64,000 bases of DNA from Phoronis australis (lineage: Eukaryota; Animalia; Phoronida), in assembly GCA_002633005.1 (NCBI GenBank), contig NMRA01000171.1, positions 124,001 through 188,000 on the forward strand, read 5' to 3'. Made by a program: the position numbers and the translations under genes. The notes under the pieces were generated by a model. The model did not search any database. It was not told where the DNA came from and saw only the letters and a program-made list of their open reading frames with translations. Positions 39,401 through 51,400 of the stretch are shown piece after piece; positions within the stretch are counted from its first letter, which is position 1; the number at the start of each line of letters is the position of its first letter.

Positions 39401-42400
39401 TATAATTCACAATCAGTAAGATTTCGCGTGTGTAACAAAAACTCGGGGCAAAACAAGAACAATATGGCAGGTTTTGCCCTCCTTCTGGTGATGTCACATT
39501 GACTAACTGGAAACTCGCAAGTGAGCTATTGGATGAAATAATTTAATAAGATGTGCAGTGAAAGCAAAAAGTATTCGGACAAATTCCCATAATTCCCCAT
39601 CATTACGGCTGGGTGGAAGGTGAACTCATCGTCAGAGTAGTCTCCCCTGATGACTGAGAATGAAAGGTGAATTAACAGGAAAGTTAGGTGAATAAGCCAT
39701 TCTGTAATTAGATTTTTGTCCTCGGCTCATAATAGCTATTAACAGTCATTTTTTGCTGACAAAATTAACTATCATGACAGGTTAATGGTATTTTGTCTGT
39801 TTACTAAATTTGTTTAGTTTGTTGATCTGCATGCTTGTATAGGGACATAACATCTGTGAGTGGCATGCATTAGTACAAAACAGTCTTACCGAAGATTACA
39901 TTTGATGGGTTAATTGGTATCTCTCCATTGTGGATATTAATTTAGCTGAACTCAGTACATGCTGCTTGTTCTTTGAGTGAGCTTCGACACAGTTTGCCAA
40001 AAAAAACATTAAGCAGTCGTTGTTTTGCCGGCGACATTGACTAACGTATACAGCATTTTAGTTGGATTTTTTATTCATGCCGTGAATAATATGCTTACAC
40101 GAAAGTCACGCATTTCTAAAGATATGCGCGACTTTTCACCACTCGTCCTTCGGAGCGGCTTTTACCAGGATCAAAGAGAGCGCGTTGCCAGAGTCGGACT
40201 CAGTTGTGATGACCGCATTGTCCAGTGCAAGCAAGACCCATTTAAGTGTAATTACCCGACCACAAACTGTAGTAAACATCTCTGCCTGTACATATATACT
40301 GGCGAATTTTCAATTGCATTAACCAACAGTTTTCGTTAAAAGCAAATACTGCAGCTGTATTCAGATAGAAAAAACAACCAAGTTTTGTTTTCGATTTTTA
40401 AAAAACCGATGAACAATTAAGCTAAAAACTACAAACAATGGACTCGATTGAAGATAAATGACTATGCGTATTGATATACTCGGTGATTTACAAACACTGA
40501 TCAGAGTTAACAATATCAAGTGGATTATTCTTTTAATATACAACTAAGCTACATTGAAACATCTATGAACAACACTCAGTGACTAAATTAGTTATCTGAT
40601 TCAATAATTTTTAAAACATTGCTTATGGCCCAATCACATGCGGCATGCCGAACTACTTTACTCCAGGAGTGGTACCCTAACCGGAAAACTGCTATTCAAT
40701 AGTTAGCTTGTAGTTGTAATGAAACACCTGTGAAGACAACTAAGATGGCTAGCTTTGTAGTCAACGAGAGAGTGCAAGCAGTGGATGAGGTTGGTCGGTG
40801 GGCAAGAGCTGTGATTTCACTGATTTTTGTGACTGAGGAGAAGCTAGAATAGTTATATAGTTACTGCAACCAAAATTGTCCAGAGGTTCCAAATCTTCAG
40901 TTTGCCTATCCCCATATTTGCACATTCCTATATATTTTAGGATTTGAGTTCTAATAAGATTGAAGTTGAACTATTGGCACTTGGAGTTTTGTTTGCTGTG
41001 ACATGTTTGATGTATATAGCTGTAATCCGGAAAATTCAGGAATGGGTTCTAAACTGACTTCTAAGTTGTTGCTTCGGTTAAACACAAAATAAAAAGATAG
41101 CAACCGTAACCGGTAAGAAAAAAAACAAGTAGACAGGAGTATTAAAATAAAGTAATGAAAACTAGTCTTTTTGTAATATTTAAAATATAACAAGTTAACA
41201 CTTCTCTCCACATCGCAGACTTTAACTCTGTGCAAATGCCAGAGAAAAACAATTTGGGCGGGTGTAATAATGACCACCATTGTTAAGAAAGTAGTGCTAG
41301 CTATTACCTTTCCACTTCATTAGCTCAGATCTACATCAGTCAATACAAGGGGCGTAATAAATAGGGATTGTAGAAGTTTCTGGGGCTTAGGGACTCAGAG
41401 CAGTGACCAGTGTAAGTCAGAAATTCTCCACATGTTCAAATAACACACTATTTAACTTCAGAAACATTGATTTTGCATTGATTATCCCTTGAGTTGTTAT
41501 GATTTTGGCACTTGAAGTGATAAGTGGAGTATTGCGTCACCACGAGAATACTAACTGCAAATACAGAACATATGATAGCAGTCATTCTGAACCTTTCGCC
41601 AGTACCTACGGCAGACTTATGTATCACAGTATAGAATTTCTATATGATCAGCATGATGTTTTTAACATATTGTAAGAACTGATTTTACATGAGTTGCCAA
41701 GTAAGGTTCCCTTTAACTTTCCTGATAGCTGCATGAATTCACAAGCATTCTTCAACAAGAATTACAATGCATGTGCAAGTCATGAAGTTGAGCTCACACA
41801 CAGCCACATACACGCCACACTCATACCAGGGATCAATCAATCGTCATTAGAAAAATAAAGGAGCCATAGTGGTCCATCTATCATTGTACTTATTTTGTTC
41901 GCAATTTTTTTAATATATAATAGTATCGTGATATCAACTAGTGAATAACATGCCACTTGTCCACGTGGCTTTTAATTTGATTATCTTTATATTATGATTT
42001 ATGTGATTTATGTTTTATTACAGGCAAGAAAACTGTGAGCAAATTGTTAAACTGTACAAGAATTATCAGGCTTTAGCCGATGTTATCTGTGAGAGAGCTA
42101 CTTCAGGAAGTGGAGCATTGGCGGCGAACAAATTACCTCGAACTATGCTATCGTTCAAGTTTGCTGTTGGTTTACTTGACGCCTTGGTATGGTATGTGCA
42201 GTTCTGTCATGTGTTGTCGTCTGAAATGAAAATTTTTTTAAATGCATTCAGATGGCTTTTTAATGTGCTGATAAAATTTTGACATAGGGGTCGTAATTTC
42301 GTAGAAAGTGGAATTTCATTTTCATTGTCTCATTTCTCAGCAAAAATAAACAAAAATAAAGTTTTATTGTTAGCATCATTTCTTCTGTAAGTTTTGTTAT

Positions 42401-45400
42401 CAAGGAATATTTAATTTCATAAAAACTTTAGAATTTCCAGTTATGCAGTCTTCAAAATGGAAAAACAACAATGTCAAATTGATTGTCTCCATATTATTGT
42501 TTTCCAGTTATGTAACAAAAAAGTTTACTAAGCAGTAACAAAATGTTTAGTCTAGAGTAAAGAATGTTACGTGAAAAACATTGACCTTTTGTGTCGGAGA
42601 AAGGACGTTAATTGTTGCATTTGCTAGAGTCCTATGCCGATCTATTGTGGCTGATTATTTACGTTATGTCTAGTTATCTAATTTGCATCGAATACAAATT
42701 CCAATAAAAATCATGGTAGCTAGTCTATGCATTATCTCATTAAGCAGAACACACAGATAGTTTTCAAGATTAATATTTATAGCTTAAAGCTCTAAGTTTC
42801 GAGGCAACAGTCCATATTTAATTGTGACTGAATTTTGTGATAATCTTAAGAATTATCTGAGGCACAATAAGGTTAAATATTTTCTGACTAAAGTTTTAAT
42901 AGTGACATTGCAGCTTCATTACGACAAAAGTTCCATCTCGTTGCTTACTAACTTTGCGATGAAGTATGTTTAAATTTGGCTGAGTTCTACCGAAGACTAT
43001 ACCATTTATTATAAAAAACTAATTGGACTTATTTATTCTGTTGTCTGACAGTGTTCTCTATTTGTAGTGACACGTTGCCTTGTAACCAAGCTGGCCTCAG
43101 TCTGCTCAGAGATGAGCCTGGTTTTGCTCGGTATATAGCCTTGATGTGCGTCCAGAAACTATGTCAGATAGATGATTCAGGGTCATGTGATGGTATCCAA
43201 GGGAAACAGCCAACCAAGTTATTCATACATGTCTCTACTGTTGCCAGGTAATGGTAGTTTCGACCATTAAAGCTTTCCTTCACTCATCAGGATTTTTGTT
43301 AAAGTTTTAGATGCAGTGGACTGTCCAGGTTGTACTAGCAGTGGTTCAAGAACACGTGCAGACAATTTAAATATATGAAGGCAATCTTGTCGAACGATAT
43401 ATGAAAGAGCCCTTTTGCCACCTTATTGCACCTTTGTATTGTTTGGGTCACTCTGTCTTTATCAGCAGTCAGAGCTTTGCCTTACATGGTAAACTCTGGT
43501 GTTAATAAGAACAACATTGTGTTTGGGTCACTCTGTCTTTATCAGCAGTCAGAGCTTTGCCTTACATGGTAAACTCTGGTGTTAATAAGAACAACATTGT
43601 GTTTGGGTCACTCTGTCTTTACCAGCAGTCAGAGCTTTGCCTTACATGGTAAACTCTGGTGTTAATAAGAACAACATTGTGTTTGGGTCAATCTGTCTTT
43701 ACCAGCAGTTGGAGCTTTGCCTTACATGGTAAACTCTGGTGTTCATGAGAACAACATTGTGTTCGTAGCTGCTTGAATCATCTTAAATTCTCTTGAGATG
43801 ACATCGTGCAATAAAACACTTTAAAACTATTACCTTACAAAATTTGCAGAACAGTGCATAGAGCATAGTATCTGACAGTTTCATACAAATCTAATCAGCC
43901 CTTTGTGTGGTATGATGTTCCAAAGTTGGCCAAATTTGGAAATTGTTTATCTTGTATAGTGTTGAGCTGTTTTGGGCTGTTAGTCGTACTCACAAGTTAC
44001 AAATTATACAAAGTATGACTCTTACACCATTTCTAATCCACAGAGTCTTCCTACATGCCTACTGTACCAACTGCTCTGTACTTCATGACCCCAGTCAAGT
44101 GCGTCAGATGACCTCTACTTGTTTGGAAGGGATCACCAAGGCGATAACTGTGTTGTGCACACGATACCCTCAGCAGAAGGAGCAGTTTCTGCTCACGCTT
44201 GGTATGGTACATTTTGTCTCACGGTATTTTGCTGGCGCACTGCTAGTATTTCTATTATGTTGGGACATATATGCATTTCATTGGCTGTTCTTGATTAACT
44301 TCACTAGGTCAACAAGCTAAGACATCTGATTGCTCTATAGGGTGGAAGTCATGATCGAGAACCAATCAGATGTGTTAGCTGGTTGACCTGCCAAACCACC
44401 AAAGTCAACTAAGTGCAGATAATGACAAGTATTGTTTTGTTTTGGTTATAAAGTATTGAAAATTGCCTTTCAAGTAATGACGTTAATGATCTGGAGCATT
44501 AATTATCTCCCCTGTATTTTTCCCTACTTAGCTGAATCAGACTTAAGGTCTCATGGTATCCCTCACCGTAATACGATTCCATTACCATTACCAACAGGGA
44601 CATCGTAACCATTAGCGACTCAGAAGAACGCTTTGGACTTAATTGTGATTGGCCAAACATAAAAACACGAATTTTAAAATGGCACATGTAGGCATTGCCT
44701 GTCACTTGATAAGCACTGTAATGTTTTCAAACCCCCAAAGCGCTTTGTTAAGAATTCAAAATTGACAGTTGAACGATGTCGAAATGCAACTTTAATTAAA
44801 ATTATTGTTGTGTGAAGGAAGATTCAGGACTTCAACAAACTTATTTTAGGCATTCATTTGAATAGTATACTGTCTACACTTTTAAAGATTCACAAACTCT
44901 GGGCAATACTTGTTTACTCTGGACAACCTATGGAGATTTTGGTCAAAATATATCTTTTGAGTGTTTGTAATTTTACTTGTGATACTGGACCACAGACCGT
45001 CTTGCATTTGCCTCATATTTCAGTTATCAGACCACAGGTGAGCTCATGTCTTCTTTCAGCTGATGCCTGCTCTACGGAAGCTGTTCCAGCTGTGACTGAC
45101 CCTGTGCAACAGGTTATCAACAAGTTCCAGGTAAGCAACCCTTCTACAGACACTTACTACCTATAAGTACCGATTCCCTATTGCAGAAACACCTCTTAGG
45201 AAGTACTCACATTTCTAAGCCAGTGCAGTCCAATTTTTTACGTTTTTAAAAAACGTTTGCTTTTGACAATATTTTATCTGTACCTGTAAAATTGGTTTCT
45301 CTTGCTATGGAAACTAATCTAGTTGATTTGCTGTAACCAAAGTAAGGAATTGTCAATCTATGGCATCTGCTTTACATATGCAATGCACTCCTGATACATT

Positions 45401-48400
45401 TCATGTCAAATTTTTAATAGTATTTTTTTCAATAGCCATTGCTTCACTCTGGGCTAACTTTTCCAAACCCATTGGGAGTAATAAAATAACCATCTTCTCA
45501 ACCAGGACCATAAACCCTTTGTTTAGCTGTGTTTACTTACACAAGCTGACTGACAGTTGTATGACTAAGAGCAAGCTTTACAGGAAACTACTTTCACTGA
45601 CCTTGCATGTCAATTTCAAAAAGGCCTATTGTGTGTTTGAACGCCATCCATGATTTACAGCTGTACACAAAATTCAAAGCCGCAATAGGAAATAGTTATC
45701 CAAGCCCAAAATGCTGCCAGTTTTGCATTTATAGCTAAGTGTTAAACGATAATGGTCAAGGTCATGGAATCAAAAACAGACATTTAATCAGTAAAAATAT
45801 CCAACATTGATACCATTAAACTTTTTTCCACATCAGCAGTATTCAGTGTTTGTTCCTTACTGTGAACTCTGTTCATGACATCATTGTCTCAGTCAGTGTC
45901 CATTTGTGGGTGTAACGTGCACTGTAGAATTTAAAAGCATGCTTTTCACCAGTGTTCAAATTTAAAAAGTATGCCGGTTGGACTTGAAAGAAGAACTGAC
46001 ATGAGTCAATTTCTGACTGATTCCAACCTCCAGCTGTTGGTATAGTTGGCAAGATCGCCTGTAGACTGTCGTTCGCTAATAGTTTTCTGTTGTTTCATTG
46101 CAGAAGCTGGTCATTTCCAATTTTTCTGGTGATAAAGAAGATCGTAAAATAAAAGATGTCAGTGCCTTGATGGCCTGTCTGTCTATGTTAAGTCGCTTAC
46201 TGCCTTCCAAGTCACATGAACTCAAACAGCTGCACGATTGGTTGAAACAGTTAGCCACTGAGAGAGCTGTTGGTAGGTTGCACTAATTCTTCACCTGTTG
46301 AGTATACAAGATGGTGGACAAATGAAATTATGTTTTGTCCAATTGCCCAACGAATGTAAATATAAAGAAAGTTATAGTCTATTACTAGCTTGGTTTGTAT
46401 TGTGTAAATGTTATAAAACAACATTTCACATTACTTGCTGCAAGATAATGAGCCTTCGGAAAGTAGACAACTGAGAATGTAAAAAACAAATAAGTAAAAA
46501 ATTACCGAGCAAATCTGTTCGTGATTGGTGTCACGCTTGTGTGCGGTGAACCATAATATCCCAGTGATAAACGGAGAGTTTTTTCAAAAGGTATCTGACG
46601 TGCTTGAATGACCCCTGTGAGTGAGTTTAGACCTGTGTCTGACGGATGAGTTTAGACTTGTGTCTGACGGACTCCTTGCATATTTAATGTTACTAAGTGG
46701 TACCTCCCTGAGTACTATCTTCCCTTACTAAGTGGTACTTCCCTGAGTACCATCTTCCCTTACTAAGTGGTACTTCCCTGAGCACTACCTTCCCTTACTA
46801 AGTGGTACCTCCCTGAGCACTATCTTCCCTTACTAAGTGGTACCTCCCTGAGCACTATCTTCCCTTACTAAGTGATACCTCCCTGAGCACTATCTTCTAT
46901 TACTAAGTGGTACCTCCCTGAGCACTATCTTCCCTTACTAAGTGGTATCTCCCTGAGTACTATCTTCCCTTACTAAGTGGTACTTCCTTGAGTACTATCT
47001 TCCCTTACTAAGTGGTACCTCCCTGAGCACTGTCTTCCTTACTAAGTGGTACCTTCCCTGGCTGAGATGTGTGGTGATGCTCTCATTTCCTTTCCAGGTG
47101 ACATCTCTGCTGCCCGGGCCATCTCCCAACTTTTGATAGAGACAGCTAGTAGAACGGAAAATGTAGTGATGATATTGAGAGACTTTGCGCAGGACCTGCA
47201 CAGTCAGATGGGAGATATTGATGAGGTAAAGATGAAACAAAAAGAGTACCGTAATCTAATACAATGAACATAAGAAATTGACTTTCCCAATTGTCCACTT
47301 CAAGAGCACAACAGTATGTGACACAACAAGGCTAGAGTTGGAAACACCGTTTTTATTTTTTCAGACTGAGTGTATTTAATCTAATGATAAGAATGTCATG
47401 TTGCATTTGGTGGCCTTCATAGTTCATTTATGAAACATTGCTTCCTATCTCAGTCTTCAACTTAATCAGAATAGGGTGCCTTACTAAATTGTATAAATTA
47501 CATGTTATAGCAGAAGGACCTAGCCACCTTACCAACTTTCTGGTTTAATCATCTTCATTCTCAGTCATAAGCGAAGGCTACACTGATGATAAATTCGGGG
47601 AATTCCAAGTCATTTTATCACTGTTGGGTCGTACTGTACCTTTGTATTTTCTGTAGGTAATGTATTCAGAATATTTTTAACAACAAATATAGTATGGTAT
47701 TGTAGTGTATTCTATTGTATATAGGAGGTGGAAGTAGAGGATCGCACTAATTTCGCAATGGTTACAACTGGGTCGACCTGTAATGCAAAAGGACAAAGAG
47801 GTGGATAGTGTGGACTGGGTCGTCAATAAGATGAAGTCTGACCAGGGGTCGAGCAAAGGTGGTCTCTCCTGCAGGGGCTATAGATATCAAAATTGACCAG
47901 AGGTCTAAGTGACAACTGATTTGATTTATCAGTCAGACTGAGCTGAGTTCCATGAAATAGAATGCATTTCACTCAGAGCTTCCTTGCTCCCTCATTGCTG
48001 TATTATCACCCTACACATGAATGCAGTTTTTGAGCTCACAGACACCATTCAATTACTAAGCCCACTTAGAAAAAAGGCTAGTGATAATCTCCTTAGACAA
48101 GTAATTTTGAGAGAATCGCAGCCAAGAAATGTTTTTTTTTAGAAGTTACCTCAGTCAGTAACTAGCAGTTTTCAGATACTTCGCACTTTTGTTCAAATAA
48201 GATTAGTTATTTTTAAGAAGACCAAATTTGTGACTTAAGCTTTAATTTACTTTTCATAAAACAATCCCCTGGTACATAACCTACTTGTTCTTGACTATTG
48301 TAGATACGAGCACACAGCAGATGTCTCAGCGTGACAGCCAAGTGAACTGTGTCTCTACACGCCTGGCCACCATAGTCACCACCCTCTTTGAACTGACTCA

Positions 48401-51400
48401 GACAGCAGTGTCTGTGGGCACCTGTGCTGAACAACTGTTCAAGACTCTCATCAAGCTATACGCTACCCTTAGTTCACTTACAAAGTTTGTACGTTCACAG
48501 CAAGTTACCATAATGTAATTTGGCCAAGATGCAATCTGAGATACTGCAATTACTATAAGTCAGCTAGACCATCAAACGAATGAATAGTAAACACACTTCT
48601 TCATTCATTAGACTGTACTGTCGGGAAATCATGTGTCATCCACCCTGACTTTCCCTTGCGGTTTTTTATCAATTTTAACTGTTCCGAGTTGGTATGTCGT
48701 CAACTCCAGGCAGTCTGTCATGACTGAATTGCATTATAATAAAAAGGAATTTTTTTCTAGATGGTGGTACTTAACTTGGGTTTTGGGAATTTCAATGGAC
48801 GCAGACTGTGAACAAAGTGTGTGTGACTGACCATAAAGTTCACTCACTGGGACCAGTTTGGGTCATCTGGTGAGCAACTTTGGGAAGGAGAGAGGAATAT
48901 TTGTGATGATGGGATGTCATGCTATAAACATTCCCACTAAATAAGATTGGTCCTAACCCCGCTTGTCAAGGTAAAGGGTGGGGTATGGAAAATTGAACTA
49001 GACCGTATTTATCCACCTTGGCTGAGTCGCGCTCGGCTCACGATCAAAGGGATGCCGCCAAGCTGCTCTATTCATCGAGTCATGAGCGAGGATAATTGGC
49101 TTCGCTCATGCGGATATGATCAGCTGATGACAATCTACCCAGCAGACTGTACTTTTTATGGAGAGAGTTTTAAGTAGTTTTTACTGTAATATTTGAAAAG
49201 AGGAGCGAAAACAAATATGAGTACAACTTTAAATTTTTCAAATCGGCCCAGGATAAGAGATTTTGCAACACAGCAACACTCACAGTTACTTTCAATCGGC
49301 GCGCACAAATACAAAAATATAGGACCCAAGTTATTTAGATTTTGGAACACATGCATTGTAATATTCAAGATCTGTTTATTATGAATCTTACAAGCTGTAA
49401 AACGACGTTGTTTAATTTCATTGTGCTCATTCATTGTCATCCGTCACATTGGCAATTTCCGAGATGTGATCTGCGGCGTGCGCGTATGTGTACAAAACAC
49501 GTGATTGTTATGTTCCTGAAGTACGAAAATTAAGAAACTTTAGCATGCCGTTATTATTTGATAAAACGAATTTGGATTTTGACTGTAGTCTTGATACAGC
49601 GAGCTGGCTGACCACTGCGTCAGTGTCTCCGTTAGACCCAGAAATTTCACACAGCCCAGGTAGTTCACTTCGTCCCCAACATGTAGATCGAGCCTTGGAC
49701 TATTAATGCTCCACGGTAGAGCTAAGGACAGTCGGCCTGTGCACAAAAATCTGTGAGTTAATCAGCACTCACCTTGCACGTTGCAGCCGTTTAAATGAAA
49801 AAACAATCTAGTAAACGTCATTTTCCTGCATAATCCTCCGCCTTTTGTAACAAAAAAAGTCTGTCGTCGATAACTCACACACGCACGCTCCGGCACTCAC
49901 TCTCATATGCAGACGAACTTCAAAACAAACGTCACGTGACAACAGTGTGTTCATCCAGAGATTTTTCTCGTGTTGTGGGGTACGATGTAGCGCAGATTTG
50001 CACTTAATCGCAATTAATCTGGACTCCACATGAACTTTAAAAATTGTAAAACATAAGAAAGATTTCAGGTAATTTGTTGAGTAGAAACTATATTTTTATT
50101 CAAGAGTTCAAGTTTTCCTATTGACGATGGCGATTCAGCGACGCATCAGTCGGCAAGTTTTCGCCCTGTGATGAGCACAATTTTTTAAAAAATTATCGTA
50201 ATTTAACAATGGAAGTTCATAGCAATGCACCATAATTTTGTAGAAAGACTGTCATAGGCTAAAAATACATCACAGAGTGTAAATTTGATGAATCCTAGCT
50301 TCCGATTTTACCCGTTTGGGAAACCGGCTTTCAACTGCCGTAGGCTACAATAAGAATCCCCTCCCCGTGAAATGAATTTTTCTAAGCGTTTATTAGAGCC
50401 AATACACTATACAGCTTTCCACCAAGGCTAGGTGATGCTACAACATTATTCTTTGTTGCATTAGTAACTGGTCTTGGCTAATTATCATTTTATGGCCTGG
50501 TCATCCATTCAGCCAAAAGTATGTCCACAGGTGGCTTATCAGCCAATTTTTCACGCATGCTGACTCACAATAGAACCCTGATAAGAGTGAAGGTGGATAA
50601 ATGTTGTGTTCCTACAATTTCTAGTGCTAGTGGATCTGTTCACGACATGGTGGGAATATAAACTTTACTTTTCTCTTTGAAAGCCTTGTTATAATTTTTA
50701 CATTAAAACTACGTGATTAGAGTTCACTGATTGCTTCTAGAGCAGTTTCACTGTCCCAAAACTTGATTTATTTTAATTTGAAGATGGTTACTTTTTGATT
50801 TTGACATTTTCACTATACGCAGCTTTGATGTTTCTTTTCAGTAAAAAATTGCGTGCAAACCTGTTTGGCCTAAACTTATTCCCAAATGATGCCTTTTATA
50901 CAAAATGTTTTTAAAATAACCAGAATTCAATGGTAAATTTTTGAAAATAATTTCTGAAAGTGCACCAACAAAATGGCTGCCATAGTTGAACGGCATTGAA
51001 CTTCACTTTTTACGAATGGGTACCAAAAATGCATATGCATCTGAAACTGTAATTTACGAAATGTGGATATTTTAGTGTTGTCTCTCGGTTTATAAAACTC
51101 TTTCTGGTGAAAATGAAAGGTCTTTAAGAACTTGGCTTTGTTTTTGTTTCAGTATCTGAGCTTATACAGCCAGGAGCGAGGTCATCTGTCATCTAGGTTT
51201 GAGAAGCTGGTGAAAATATCTTCAACTCACCTAACGCAGCCTGTGTATGCATTAATTACTTACATACAGGTAACTGCAATCTGCTCATTAATTGTATCCG
51301 TTGAATAAGACTGACAACCCCAAGTTTGTTGGCCCTGTGTTTTTGGACCCTTTTGGACCCTTTTTACATACTTTAGTTGTCAAATGATTGCTTTTGCAAT

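Noticed and set aside
46691-47060. 35-bp repeats as a CRISPR array
   Set aside because: Units are head-to-tail with no unique spacers, the context is a eukaryotic intron, and no cas genes are present
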